64,000 nucleotides of DNA, from NCBI GenBank assembly GCA_949373255.1, contig CASICS010000004.1, forward strand, positions 41,625-105,624. Direction: 5' to 3'. Within the stretch, counting starts at the first letter, position 1, and each line of letters begins with the position of its first letter. Shown in pieces: positions 1 through 9,992 of this stretch. The notes below the pieces were generated by a model, which was not told the origin of the DNA, ran no database searches, and worked only from the letters and a program-made list of their open reading frames with translations. The DNA comes from an uncultured SAR86 cluster bacterium (lineage in GTDB: Bacteria > Pseudomonadota > Gammaproteobacteria > Magnimaribacterales > AG-339-G14). Both the position numbers and the translations under genes were made by a program.

Positions 1-878
1 GCTATTTCAACACCCAGCTCATCATGAATTTCAGTTGGCATTGGTCCTTCTCCAACTCGAGTTACATATGCTTTCACAACGCCTAAAATATACCCGACAT
101 CTAACGGACCGCATCCTGCTCCTGAAGCTATGCCTGCCGGAGAGCAATTGCTCGAAGTAACAAAGGGATAAGTACCTTGATCAACATCCAATAATGCTCC
201 CTGAGCACCTTCGAAAAGAATCCTTTTATTCTCATTATTTAATTTCAAAATTGTTCCTGATACATCGGCTAAAAGTGGTTTTAATTTTTCACCATATTCT
301 AAATTTTTATCTTTGGTTTCATTAAAATCTAACTCGTCCACACCAAAGTAATTTTTAAATTGGAAATTATAGTAAGACAGAGTCTCTTCTAATTTCGGCG
401 TAAGTTTAGACTCAGACAGAGTATCTACAATTCTAATTGCTCTTCTGGCTACCTTGTCCTCATAAGCTGGACCAATCCCTCTTAGTGTCGTTCCGATAGT
501 GGTGAAGCTGTTAGATTTTTCTTTTAGTTGATCGACTAAAATATGATACGGCTGAATCAAAGTACAAGCTGGACTTATTTTTAATCGATCTAATATTCCG
601 TCAGCGAACGGCTCTATTTCTTCTATTTCTGAGAATAAGGCATCACAAGATACAACCACACCCCTACCTATCAAAGAAGAAGCATTTTTATGACAAATAG
701 ATGAAGGTAATAGGTGTAAAACCAATTTCTTACCATCGACTATTAGAGTATGTCCGGCATTATGACCGCCTTGATATCGGCAAGCTGCATGAGCTTTATC
801 GGACAAAAAATTAACTATTTTTCCTTTTCCTTCGTCTCCCCATTGCAACCCTAATACTGCTAAATTTTTAGCTCCCAT
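1..878 (-). CDS. purA: adenylosuccinate synthetase (N-terminal ~292 aa; C-terminus lies beyond the window start)
   Basis: Reverse-strand translation from the ATG at 878-876 reads MGAKNLAVLGLQWGDEGKGKIVNFLSDKAHAACRYQGGHNAGHTLIV, which carries the AdSS GDEGKGK P-loop and GGHNAGHT motif. It follows hisZ, as in Pseudomonas. It is missing from the ORF track because it runs off the edge. Confidence 0.9.
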   Translation of the reverse strand, partial: MGAKNLAVLGLQWGDEGKGKIVNFLSDKAHAACRYQGGHNAGHTLIVDGKKLVLHLLPSSICHKNASSLIGRGVVVSCDALFSEIEEIEPFADGILDRLKISPACTLIQPYHILVDQLKEKSNSFTTIGTTLRGIGPAYEDKVARRAIRIVDTLSESKLTPKLEETLSYYNFQFKNYFGVDELDFNETKDKNLEYGEKLKPLLADVSGTILKLNNENKRILFEGAQGALLDVDQGTYPFVTSSNCSPAGIASGAGCGPLDVGYILGVVKAYVTRVGEGPMPTEIHDELGVEI

Positions 879-1831
879 TAATCTTCCATTTTTATTTTAA
901 TTAAAGATATTAAATCTATATCAAAGCCTATTGCATTTCGCATATTATTATCAGAGCTTTTGCTTTGATATTGCCCGCCATTAGCTATTGCAAATCCATA
1001 TTTTGAAGAATGTACCGAAAATACCAGCCCTTTATGGTAATCGTAGCCAGGGAAATCTGTCATATCAAAGTGGAAATCTACATCTGAATAGTTAGCGGCT
1101 AATTCCTTAAGTTCTTCAACATTTTTTTTTGCAGTATTACTAATTTTCGTAATTTGTTCCAAACAACTTATATCTCCATGACAGCTCATTAACTGATTCA
1201 AATCATCTTGAATTTTTTGGTTTATGTCTTTGCCTTTTAACCAGTCGTCTAAATTAGATTTAGATTTACTAGAAATTAGTTTTCTCAATTGCATAATTTC
1301 TTCTTCAGCAAGAGTGCAATTATTAATTAGTTCATCAAGAGTATCTGTCATTCCAAGAGATACTGTGATCCTCTCAGAACCCGCAACTTTAAAACTTTCT
1401 AGCAGTAGATCTATCAACTCTTTCTCTTTGTCTTTTGAGCCAAAAACCTCAACTCCTGCTTTTATTGTTACTCTTGATCTGCTGAATGAATCCTTTCTTT
1501 TCTTAATGACCTCTCCAGAATAACAATATTTTTGAATGTCTAATTTATTACTAGCTTGATCTATTCTTGCTATCTGTTGAGAAATATCTGGACGAATTGC
1601 TATTTCATTAGAGCTTAAATCATCGTAAAAAGTAAAAGCAGAGTTTTTTAATTCAGAGTTTACATCGCCACCTAATGCATCAGCATACTCAATGATAGAC
1701 GGATAAATGAGCTGAAATTTTTTGCTTGAATACAGGTCCAAAAGTGATCTTTTGAGAGATTCTAGTTCTTGGGCTCGATCCGGCAGTATGTCCTCCACGC
1801 CCTCGGGAAGATTGAAGAGGCTTTCAGTCAT
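878..1831 (-). CDS. hisZ: ATP phosphoribosyltransferase regulatory subunit (HisS-like, no anticodon-binding domain)
   Basis: The N-terminus LPEGVEDILPDRAQELESLKRSLLDLYSSKKFQLIYPSIIEYADAL is HisZ / class II aaRS core-like. It sits in the hflC-hisZ-purA position. Its stop overlaps the purA start by 1 nt. Confidence 0.8.
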   Translation of the reverse strand: MTESLFNLPEGVEDILPDRAQELESLKRSLLDLYSSKKFQLIYPSIIEYADALGGDVNSELKNSAFTFYDDLSSNEIAIRPDISQQIARIDQASNKLDIQKYCYSGEVIKKRKDSFSRSRVTIKAGVEVFGSKDKEKELIDLLLESFKVAGSERITVSLGMTDTLDELINNCTLAEEEIMQLRKLISSKSKSNLDDWLKGKDINQKIQDDLNQLMSCHGDISCLEQITKISNTAKKNVEELKELAANYSDVDFHFDMTDFPGYDYHKGLVFSVHSSKYGFAIANGGQYQSKSSDNNMRNAIGFDIDLISLIKIKMED

Positions 1832-1833
1832 AA

Positions 1834-2724
1834 TTATTGTTTTGGAGTTCCAACAGAGCTATCTAAATACTTGAAAAAATCACTATCAGGATCGATTAAA
1901 AGTATGTCAGATTTATTTTGAAAGGTCGATTGATACGCCTTTAAACTTCTCGTGAACTCATAGAATTCAGCATTTTTATTGAAAGCTTTAGCATAAGTGG
2001 ATGTCGCTATAGCGTCACCTTGACCTTTGGTTATCTCTGCTGTTTTATAAGCATCAGCCATAATAACTGTTCTTTCTTTATCGGCATTTGCTCTAATTTC
2101 TTCCGCCTGTTCATTTCCTTCTGCTCTTAACTCTTGCGCAAGTCTTTCTCTCTCTGTTCTCATTCGATTGTAAACGGATTCATTTACTTCAGATGGTAAC
2201 TCTATTTTCTTCACCCTTACATCGATAACTTCAACGCCTAATTCACTTGTAGCTACTCTATTTATGTCTTCAGTTAAAGCTTTCATAAGCTCATCTCTTT
2301 CTCCGGAAATAACTTCTATTACTGTCCTGATACCAAATTGGTTTCTTAAGCCCTCATCAACACGCTGAGTTAGAAGTGTTCTCATAGCTCCTAATTGGCC
2401 GCCCGATGAAGTTATATAAAACTGTTCGTTATCACTTATCTTCCACTTCACGAAAGAATCAACAATCAATCTTTTCTTTTCTTGAGTGTAATAAGGCTGA
2501 GGGACAGCGTCCAAGGTTAAAACTCTGGAGTCAAACTTCTTCACTGTATTAAATACTGGGATTTTAAAGTGCAATCCAGACTCAATTTTTGGGTCGATAA
2601 TTTCACCGAACCTTAAAAGAATGCCAGTTTGTTTATCATTAATAATATAAATACTGTTTGCCAAGACAACTATTACTAGAAGAGAAATTATTATGAAGCT
2701 TGTTCTAAAGGTTTTCATTATCAA
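1834..2724 (-). CDS. hflC: FtsH protease modulator HflC (SPFH/band 7)
   Basis: It has an N-terminal TM helix, then an SPFH domain and a charged coiled-coil (ERERLAQELRAEGNEQAEEIRANADKER). It lies immediately downstream of hflK. Confidence 0.85.
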   Translation of the reverse strand: MIMKTFRTSFIIISLLVIVVLANSIYIINDKQTGILLRFGEIIDPKIESGLHFKIPVFNTVKKFDSRVLTLDAVPQPYYTQEKKRLIVDSFVKWKISDNEQFYITSSGGQLGAMRTLLTQRVDEGLRNQFGIRTVIEVISGERDELMKALTEDINRVATSELGVEVIDVRVKKIELPSEVNESVYNRMRTERERLAQELRAEGNEQAEEIRANADKERTVIMADAYKTAEITKGQGDAIATSTYAKAFNKNAEFYEFTRSLKAYQSTFQNKSDILLIDPDSDFFKYLDSSVGTPKQ

Positions 2725-3870
2725 TTATCTCCTTTCCTGTCTTTTTCTAATTTCTTCAATTACTTGATCTGTTAGATTTTGGATACCTGACCCAGATAAA
2801 TTATTGGTTGAATCAGTAGTTTGTGATTCAGAGTTATTTCTAGCAATTGAAGCTGCTGCAATCTGATCTAATGGAAGATACATAATATTGTTACCATCCT
2901 TAACATCAATCATAACTTTGGTGCTGTTACTCATTACAGATTGAAGAGCATCTATATATAAACGCTTTCTAGTTACGCTTGGTGCTTTATTATATTCTTT
3001 AAGTAACTGGTCAAATCTTGTTGCCTCACCTTGTGCCTCTGCAATAACCTTTGCCTTGTAACCTTCAGCATCCTGAATGGCTCTTTTGGCTGCTCCACGA
3101 GCAATCGGTACAACCTCATTGGCATATGTTTCTGCTTCATTTCTCAACGTAACTTCATCTTCTCTTGCTTTCACAACGTCGTCAAAGGCTGCCTTTACAG
3201 CATCCGGTGGTCTAGATTCTCTTATGCTCACTGTTACCACTTCTATACCGGTCTGATATGAATCTAATCTATCTTGAAGTCTTCCTCTAACATCAAAAGC
3301 TATTTGTTCTCTTCCGGTGGTCAAAACATCATCCATCGTATTGCTTCCTACTACGTGCCTTAAAGAAGACTCAGACGCTTGAGCAATACTGTCTTCAGGA
3401 GATGCAGCCTCTAAAAGATAGAAAACTGGGTTAGATTTCTTATATTGAACTGCTACTTCTACGTTAACTATGTTTTCGTCTTTAGTTAAAATTGAAGAAT
3501 TAGTAGTGTGGGTGTAAAGCCTTTCAGTATTTACAATGAATCTGTTATCTACAAATGGCGGGTTCCAGTGAATTCCAGGACCTTTGGTTGTAGCATATTT
3601 TCCAAATCTAAGGACTACTGCTTCTTCTTGAGCATCGACGGTATATATTCCAAAGGCTCCGTACAAAAGAGCTAAAACCATTAGTCCAGTGGGAAGTATT
3701 TTTTTAAAAGATGGCCCTTTACCAGAATCTGAACCAGATCCACCACTGCCACCTAAAAAAGACCCTATTAGGGCTTTAAATTTTTTAATTGCTTCGTCGA
3801 TATCTGGAGCGTCATTTCTGTTGCCCCAAGGATCTCTCGAACCGTTATTTCCATTATCATTCCAAGACAT
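2725..3870 (-). CDS. hflK: FtsH protease modulator HflK (SPFH/band 7)
   Basis: I start it at the internal ATG (3870) giving MSWNDNGNNGSRDPWGNRNDAPDIDE, the typical HflK Gly/Asn-rich N-terminus. The 42-aa upstream extension in the ORF track (to 3996) overlaps miaA and is rejected. Confidence 0.85.
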   Translation of the reverse strand: MSWNDNGNNGSRDPWGNRNDAPDIDEAIKKFKALIGSFLGGSGGSGSDSGKGPSFKKILPTGLMVLALLYGAFGIYTVDAQEEAVVLRFGKYATTKGPGIHWNPPFVDNRFIVNTERLYTHTTNSSILTKDENIVNVEVAVQYKKSNPVFYLLEAASPEDSIAQASESSLRHVVGSNTMDDVLTTGREQIAFDVRGRLQDRLDSYQTGIEVVTVSIRESRPPDAVKAAFDDVVKAREDEVTLRNEAETYANEVVPIARGAAKRAIQDAEGYKAKVIAEAQGEATRFDQLLKEYNKAPSVTRKRLYIDALQSVMSNSTKVMIDVKDGNNIMYLPLDQIAAASIARNNSESQTTDSTNNLSGSGIQNLTDQVIEEIRKRQERR

Positions 3871-3911
3871 GATGGCTATTCTATGTCTTTCGAGAGAATA
3901 ATGGAACTGAA

Positions 3912-4832
3912 CTATTGTAAATAAGACAGAATTTTTATAATGATATTCGATTGGTTGCAAAAAAAGATCTCGGTAGTATTTAATTTGTTTAACCAAGTCA
4001 TTTGTCTTTTAGCTAATTGGTAGTTTGCATTAGTTGCTTTTTCAATCATTTCATCTTTCGATAAGTTATTTTCTAAAAACTCTACAACTTGTTTATATCC
4101 AACTGCTTTAAGAATAGGTATATCTTTTGAGTATTTATTTATTAACATTTCCGTTTCTTTAATTAAACCTGCATCAATCATATTTTCAAAGCGAACTCTT
4201 AGATCATGCTTAAATTTTTTTCTATCTTCAGGAATAATTGCAAAGGAAAATGATTTTCTTTTGTCAAATGTGTCTTTTGGCTTTCTCTCTTTTAATTGGT
4301 CTATCGACTTGCCTGTAATTAAAAAAATTTCTAAAGCTCTTTTTATTCTTTGTTTGTCATTTTCGTGAATTCTCGTTGCTGAAATAGGATCTACTTTCAT
4401 CAGCTCGCTATGAAGGTATTTAAGCCCTTTCTCTCTTTCTTGTTGATCTAGTTTTTTTCTTATTTCTAGATCTTGCTCCGGAAGGTTAGCCAAGCCATTA
4501 AATAAACTATAGAAATACATCATGGTGCCGCCCACCAGAATATTATTTTTATTTTGCTGATCATTTTTTGAGATTATTTCTATGATATCTTTCTTAAAAC
4601 TTCCCACCGAATAGCTTTCATCTGGCTCGATGCAATCTAGCAAATGGTGTGGGTATTTTTCTAAAATATTTTTTTCAGGCTTATTACTTCCAATGCTTGC
4701 GTGTTTATAAATTTGCACAGAATCGACACTAATTATTTCTGCAGAAAATTCTTGTGCCAACTCTATAGCAACTGATGTCTTTCCAGCATTAGTAGGACCA
4801 TAGATTGAAATGATTGGGTTCATATTTGACAC
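3912..4832 (-). CDS. miaA: tRNA dimethylallyltransferase
   Basis: It has the P-loop IYGPTNAGKTSVAIELA and the IPPT family layout throughout. Confidence 0.9.
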   Translation of the reverse strand: MSNMNPIISIYGPTNAGKTSVAIELAQEFSAEIISVDSVQIYKHASIGSNKPEKNILEKYPHHLLDCIEPDESYSVGSFKKDIIEIISKNDQQNKNNILVGGTMMYFYSLFNGLANLPEQDLEIRKKLDQQEREKGLKYLHSELMKVDPISATRIHENDKQRIKRALEIFLITGKSIDQLKERKPKDTFDKRKSFSFAIIPEDRKKFKHDLRVRFENMIDAGLIKETEMLINKYSKDIPILKAVGYKQVVEFLENNLSKDEMIEKATNANYQLAKRQMTWLNKLNTTEIFFCNQSNIIIKILSYLQ

Positions 4833-4916
4833 GATGAATAATCCTTGAGTTTTAAATATTAGATGTTAATTTAAAAACATATTAATATAAAATTTACATA
4901 TGTCGGGGAGAAAAAT

Positions 4917-6539
4917 ATGGAAATGCACTTTGCTAGTATCTGGGAAGAAATATCTGATCTTATTCCTAATGAGCCAGTTTTAATTTGTGAAGAAAATATA
5001 AAAACGTGGAAAGAATTTGACGAACGTTCGGCAAGATTAGCTAATTTTTTAGAAAGCAAATCTTTAAAAGCAGATTCAAAAGTTGGCCTATATCTTCATA
5101 ACTCAAATGAATACTTAGAGGCGCAATTTTCAGCATTTAAAATTGAAGGAGTTCCAATTAATGTGAATTATAGATACGTTGAAGAAGAATTAATTTATCT
5201 TTTAGATAATTCGGATGCTGAAGCAGTATTTTTTCAAAGTTGTTATGCAGATAGGATCAGCAAGATAGCCAACAAATTACCTAAAATAAAAGTTTTTATT
5301 CAAGTTGGTGGAAATGAGCAGTTGTCGATAGAAAACTGTTATTTATTCGAAGATATTATCCAAGAAACTGCTCCCTTGGATAGAAGAAAAAGAAATGAAG
5401 AGAACATATACATGCTCTATACAGGTGGAACAACGGGCATGCCCAAAGGCGTTATGTATAAACATAATCTTCTTATAAATGGCCTTCTTAAGACAGCTGC
5501 GTCTATGGGTTTTGACGTACCAGAAGACCCTGAAGATATTCCAAAAACAATTGTGGATCTAGCAAAATCAGGTCAGCTGGCAAAAACTATTGTGGCATGC
5601 CCTCTCATGCATGGAACCGGGATGTGGTTGGGAGCTTTTGTTCCTCTTTTTTCAGGTGGCTCGTGTGTGACGATCCCTCAATTAGGTTTCGATCCCGATC
5701 TTTTGTTAAAGAAAGTTGAAAATGAAAAAATTAATAATATTATTATTGTCGGTGATGCTTTTGCTAGGCCTCTCTTAGATTCATTAAATTCGGCAAAAGA
5801 AAATGATAATCCTTATGACTTGTCTTCATTGCGATCAATTATATCTAGTGGTGTTATGTGGAGTGCTGAAGTTAAAGAAGGTCTTTTAAATCATGCAGAT
5901 ATTTTATTAATCGATGCGATGGGATCAACGGAAGGAGGAATGGGCTCGTCTGTGGCAAGTCGAGAAGCACCAGCAATCACAGCTAAATTTACCATTAATC
6001 CCGGAGTAATAGTAATTACAGATGATGGAAGAGAAGTTGAACCAGGATCTGATGAAATGGGAAAAATAGGGACAAAAGGACTAGTTCCAGAAGGCTACTA
6101 TAAAGATCCAAAAAAATCGGCTGAAACCTTCAAAGATTTTAACGGCGATAGATATAGTTTTCCCGGTGATTATGCATTAGTTGAAGCTGATGGAACGATT
6201 AAGCTTTTAGGTAGAGGTAGTAACTGCATAAATACTGCTGGTGAAAAAGTTTATCCTGAGGAAGTTGAAGAAGCCCTTAAAAGACACCCAGAAATTTATG
6301 ACTGTTTAGTTGTTGGTATCGATGATCAAAAATTTGGTCAAAAAGTAGTAGCGGTTGCTTCAAGACAAAATGAAACTCTTAGTCAAGATGATTTAATAAA
6401 TTTTTCTAGAGAGCATTTATCTGGATATAAATTACCAAAAAATATTCTCTTTGTAGAAAAAGTGGAGAGAGCGCCGAACGGAAAGGCTAATTATAAGTGG
6501 GCTAAAAGTGAAGCTGAGAATTACATAAAAAACTTATAA
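4917..6539 (+). CDS. AMP-dependent acyl-CoA synthetase/ligase
   Basis: It has the AMP-binding signature YTGGTTGMPKGV and a C-terminal ANL domain (GDYALVEADGTIKLLGRGSNCINTAGEKVYPEEVE). The substrate cannot be determined from sequence. Confidence 0.8.
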   Translation: MEMHFASIWEEISDLIPNEPVLICEENIKTWKEFDERSARLANFLESKSLKADSKVGLYLHNSNEYLEAQFSAFKIEGVPINVNYRYVEEELIYLLDNSDAEAVFFQSCYADRISKIANKLPKIKVFIQVGGNEQLSIENCYLFEDIIQETAPLDRRKRNEENIYMLYTGGTTGMPKGVMYKHNLLINGLLKTAASMGFDVPEDPEDIPKTIVDLAKSGQLAKTIVACPLMHGTGMWLGAFVPLFSGGSCVTIPQLGFDPDLLLKKVENEKINNIIIVGDAFARPLLDSLNSAKENDNPYDLSSLRSIISSGVMWSAEVKEGLLNHADILLIDAMGSTEGGMGSSVASREAPAITAKFTINPGVIVITDDGREVEPGSDEMGKIGTKGLVPEGYYKDPKKSAETFKDFNGDRYSFPGDYALVEADGTIKLLGRGSNCINTAGEKVYPEEVEEALKRHPEIYDCLVVGIDDQKFGQKVVAVASRQNETLSQDDLINFSREHLSGYKLPKNILFVEKVERAPNGKANYKWAKSEAENYIKNL

Positions 6540-6872
6540 AGCCTCTTCACCTGTTTCACCGGTTCTAATTCTGACTGCTTGATCTAATTGGTAAACGAAT
6601 ATTTTTCCATCGCCGACCTTACCGGTATTTGCTACGTTTCTTATTGCTTCAACCACTCCATCTACTTGCGAATCTTGGACTGCCAGTTCAATTTTAATTT
6701 TTGGTAAAAAATCTACCTTATATTCGGTTCCTCTATAAAGTTCCGTTTGGCCTTTTTGCCTTCCAAAACCTTTTACTTCTGACACAGTCATTCCTGAAGC
6801 TTCAACTTCGCCTAGAGCTGCCCTAACATCTTCCAATTTAATCGGCTTAATAACCGCTACGACAAATTTCAA
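6534..6872 (-). CDS. glnB: nitrogen regulatory protein P-II (GlnB/GlnK family)
   Basis: It is 112 aa. MKFVVAVIKPIKLEDV...GFGRQKGQTELYRGTEY contains the T-loop with the Tyr51 uridylylation site. No amtB is adjacent. Confidence 0.9.
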   Translation of the reverse strand: MKFVVAVIKPIKLEDVRAALGEVEASGMTVSEVKGFGRQKGQTELYRGTEYKVDFLPKIKIELAVQDSQVDGVVEAIRNVANTGKVGDGKIFVYQLDQAVRIRTGETGEEAL

Positions 6873-6928
6873 AATTTCTCCCTAAAAGTTTTGCAGAAAA
6901 ACTACTTTACTCCTTATTAAAAAACCTT

Positions 6929-8188
6929 TCAAAGAATAGTTACTATTTTTTCTATAGACCTTTTAACTGAACCTTTTTTTGACGAAAGATAAGCATTCCC
7001 TTTTGCCTTTAATGTACCTAATGAGGAATTAGCCAATTGATTTTTCCAAATCAAAGAAATTTGTTTAGCTGTCTCGCCTTGTCGCAATATATCCAAATCT
7101 ATGAGCTCTTCGGCTATCTCTTTGAAATTGTATGTGCTTTTACCTGATGTTAGTGGCAATCCATACTTAACGGGTTCTAAAAAATTTTGACCGCCATGAG
7201 GAATTAATGTTCCGCCAACAAAGGCTAAATCAGCAATCGAAAAAATTGAATCTAAATGGCCTATTTGGTTTACAACAGTAATATTATTTTTTAAATCCAG
7301 AAGATTTTTATTCTCAATTTCTAAAAATGAAAAATCTAAACTTTTTTCTTTCATTATTTTCCCAACATCGCTTGCTCTATGAGGATGTCTTGGAACTAAA
7401 ATTAGGTGAAAGGAATCATCATTTAAATACTTAAAGCTTTCTAAGAGAATTTCCTCTTCAGAGGGATGCGTACTAGCACAAACAATTAATTTTTTATCGG
7501 CAAGAGCATTTTTATCAACCTTGAAAGACAGTCCTGTTAAGATTTCGTTTGCAGCATCAAATTTTAACGAAAAGTCATGAAAAGTTTTTTCTTCTTTAGC
7601 GCCCAATTTAATGAAATTATTTTTATCTTCCTGACTTTGAGAAATAATCAGGTCTATTTTAGAAAATATTTTTTTAGATAGATTAGAAATTTTCAAATAT
7701 TTTTTAGCAGAATCATTGGAGAGCCTTCCGTTCAATAGAATGGAGGGAATATTTCTCTTGGAGCACTGATCAATCATATTTGGCCAAACTTCTGTATCAA
7801 TTAGAATCATACAAATTGGATTCCAAGAATTTAAAAATTTGTGAACACTGAAAAATAAATCGAAAGGCAAGTATTGATGATTTAGAGAATTGCCATGTAT
7901 CTTTTTTAACCTTTGAGAGCCGGTCACGGTTGTTGTGGTGACCAAGATATTTTTTTTTGGGTATTTTTCTTTTAAGCCCTCTATAAGACTCAAAGAAGTA
8001 TTCACCTCTCCAACTGACACAGCATGTATCCAGATACAATTTTCTTCTGCGTTCTTTATCTTTTTTGGCAGAAAACCAAATCTTTCCTTAATTCTATGAA
8101 CCTCCTCTCTAGAAAACTCTTTTTTTGAGAAAACTTTAAATAATGCAAAAGGCAAATAAAGAAAAGTTATTAAATTATAAAAAATCAT
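6929..8188 (-). CDS. waaA: 3-deoxy-D-manno-octulosonic acid (Kdo) transferase
   Basis: It has an N-terminal membrane anchor, the WIHAVSVGE motif and a GT30 layout. It is divergent from a lipid A acyltransferase gene. Confidence 0.85.
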   Translation of the reverse strand: MIFYNLITFLYLPFALFKVFSKKEFSREEVHRIKERFGFLPKKIKNAEENCIWIHAVSVGEVNTSLSLIEGLKEKYPKKNILVTTTTVTGSQRLKKIHGNSLNHQYLPFDLFFSVHKFLNSWNPICMILIDTEVWPNMIDQCSKRNIPSILLNGRLSNDSAKKYLKISNLSKKIFSKIDLIISQSQEDKNNFIKLGAKEEKTFHDFSLKFDAANEILTGLSFKVDKNALADKKLIVCASTHPSEEEILLESFKYLNDDSFHLILVPRHPHRASDVGKIMKEKSLDFSFLEIENKNLLDLKNNITVVNQIGHLDSIFSIADLAFVGGTLIPHGGQNFLEPVKYGLPLTSGKSTYNFKEIAEELIDLDILRQGETAKQISLIWKNQLANSSLGTLKAKGNAYLSSKKGSVKRSIEKIVTIL

Positions 8189-8267
8189 TTTTTTTAGTCA
8201 GGTTTTACTAATTCTAGACTAAATGACTTGAAGTGATAAACCGTGGAGTCTACTCTAGTGGCTTAAG

Positions 8268-9164
8268 ATGAAATTTTTTGAATTTTTTATTACTGTTTTT
8301 CTCAAAATCATTAGCTTTCTTCCACAAAGAATGCAGTATTTTGTCGGTAGATCTATAGGGTCTTTACTTTATAAATTTCTAAAGCAGAGAAAAGGAATCG
8401 CCCGATGGAATTTAAAAAAATGCTTTCCAGAATTCTCTACCGAACAAATTGAAAAAATTTTAAAAAAAAATTTCAGTCGCTTAGGAGAGTCTCTCTTTGA
8501 ATTTTTAAATGCCTTTTGGGCTTCTGATAAGAAAATTAAGAAATTAATAATTAATTTTGAAGAAATCAAAGATATTGCTGATAATTTAGATTCCAAAAGA
8601 GGAAAATTAATTTTGCTACTGCATACCGTTAATGTTGATATGGCTGCTAGAGCTTCTTCTTTATTCCTGCCAGTATCAGGAATGGCAAAAGTGCAGAGCA
8701 TTAAAATACTCAATAACCTTCTTGATTCAAGCAGACAAAAATTTACTGAAAGGATTTTTAGACCCAATGAAGGGAGTGATTTTTTGTCTTTCTTGAAAGA
8801 TGGAAAGGCCAATTTGTATGCGCCAGATCAAGATTATGGCTACCAACATTCCTTGTTTATTGATTTTTTTGGCCACAAGGCTCTCACGGTCAAATTTCCC
8901 TCTATTTTAGTAGAAAGAACAAATTGTGAGGTTTTATTATTTACTCTAGATAAGAAAGGAAATTCGTATGAAGCGTCTTTAAAAAAATTAGATTTAGATG
9001 GTAAAGATATTGAAACTGACCTGAAGAAGATAAATTCTGCTGCAGAGAGCTATATTCAAAGATGCCCTGATAATTATTTGTGGATGCATAGAAGGTTTAA
9101 GAATAGGCCTGAAGGTGAAGATTCTTTTTACCCCAAAGATTTATTAAGAAATAGATCTAGTTAA
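8268..9164 (+). CDS. lpxL: lipid A biosynthesis (Kdo)2-lipid IVA late acyltransferase (LpxL/HtrB family)
   Basis: It matches the LpxL/LpxM family in length and layout and has the WMHRRFK C-terminal motif. It is adjacent and divergent to waaA. Confidence 0.7.
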   Translation: MKFFEFFITVFLKIISFLPQRMQYFVGRSIGSLLYKFLKQRKGIARWNLKKCFPEFSTEQIEKILKKNFSRLGESLFEFLNAFWASDKKIKKLIINFEEIKDIADNLDSKRGKLILLLHTVNVDMAARASSLFLPVSGMAKVQSIKILNNLLDSSRQKFTERIFRPNEGSDFLSFLKDGKANLYAPDQDYGYQHSLFIDFFGHKALTVKFPSILVERTNCEVLLFTLDKKGNSYEASLKKLDLDGKDIETDLKKINSAAESYIQRCPDNYLWMHRRFKNRPEGEDSFYPKDLLRNRSS

Positions 9165-9992
9165 ACAAATATTATCTATCAGGCGAACTCCAGCATAGTT
9201 AACCGCCACAGCTATAAGAATTTTTTTATCTTCTATTTTTAAACTCTCTAGAGAAAGTGCATTCACCAATTCTAAGTAATCTATTTCAAATCCTTCTTCA
9301 GAGAATTTTTTTTGATACAGGTCTTTAAGAGTTTTGATGTACTCAAGAAACTTTTCTTCGTCTTGATCGTAATTAAAGATATGTTCTGATATCTCCTTTA
9401 GATAAGAATAAATTTTGGCCGCCTCTTCTCTTCTAGGCTTGGAAAGAAAACCATTTCTTGACGATAGAGCCAAACCATTTTTATCTCTCACTATAGGATG
9501 AGTTAACAACCTAGTATTTGAATTAATTTTTTTTAAATGTTCTTTGATTATTAATTGTTGTTGAAAATCTTTTTGTCCAAAAATACAAAATTCAGGCTTT
9601 ATGACTTCTATAAATCTATTCACTATAGTTAAAACTCCATCAAAATGTCCGGGTCTACTTTTACCGCAAAGAAAATTATTCAAAGGAGCTTTTAGATTTT
9701 TTATATCGTGCAATAGTTCTTTATCGTCAGGAATAAAAACAAAATCACAATCTTCTTTTATGAGGAGATCTAAATCTGCTTCTAAGGTTCTAGGATACTT
9801 AGAAAAATCTTCGCTCGGACCAAATTGAAGTGGATTGATAAAAATACTAACGATAGTTGATAGATTTAATTCTTTAGCATGTCTTATTAGGCTGAGGTGC
9901 CCTAGGTGCAAATTTCCCATGGTAGGAATTAGGGCTAAGGGCTCGTTACGTTTGATTGAATTTAACTTATTAAAATTTTCTACAGTCTCCAC
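9144..9992 (-). CDS. panC: pantoate--beta-alanine ligase
   Basis: It has the PTMGNLHLGHLSL HIGH-like motif. A panB-panC pair is present. Confidence 0.9.
   Translation of the reverse strand: METVENFNKLNSIKRNEPLALIPTMGNLHLGHLSLIRHAKELNLSTIVSIFINPLQFGPSEDFSKYPRTLEADLDLLIKEDCDFVFIPDDKELLHDIKNLKAPLNNFLCGKSRPGHFDGVLTIVNRFIEVIKPEFCIFGQKDFQQQLIIKEHLKKINSNTRLLTHPIVRDKNGLALSSRNGFLSKPRREEAAKIYSYLKEISEHIFNYDQDEEKFLEYIKTLKDLYQKKFSEEGFEIDYLELVNALSLESLKIEDKKILIAVAVNYAGVRLIDNICLTRSIS

Noticed and set aside
1224-1523. Antisense or shadow ORFs inside well-supported genes: 1224-1523, 3031-3261, 3689-3901, 7797-8039, 8369-8812, 9601-9828, 9835-10035, 10068-10334, 13774-14046, 15586-15771, 18575-18928 and 20205-20396. 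The list continues with 21751-21933, 22838-23137, 24210-24398, 28398-28631, 29671-29889, 31374-31709, 31447-31728, 32890-33269, 33242-33760, 33465-33695 and 34981-35217. It ends with 36246-36638, 45658-45912, 47387-47584, 47789-47971, 48446-48667, 49096-49341, 51000-51230, 54766-54975, 55384-55575, 57100-57285, 57369-57662, 63343-63573 and 63435-63620.
   Set aside because: Each overlaps a longer ORF with clear family motifs on the other strand or frame. Their translations are low-complexity or Ser/Leu/Ile/Phe-rich, as expected for AT-rich non-coding frames.
3871-3996. A 42-aa N-terminal extension of the hflK ORF that overlaps the end of miaA.
   Set aside because: The extension has no HflK-like sequence. 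The internal Met gives the typical MSWNDNG...DPWG N-terminus and removes an 85-nt overlap with miaA.
4871-5059. A 62-aa minus-strand ORF spanning the miaA/acyl-CoA synthetase intergenic region.
   Set aside because: It overlaps the 5' end of the acyl-CoA synthetase gene in antisense and has no recognisable features. The region is more likely divergent promoter DNA.
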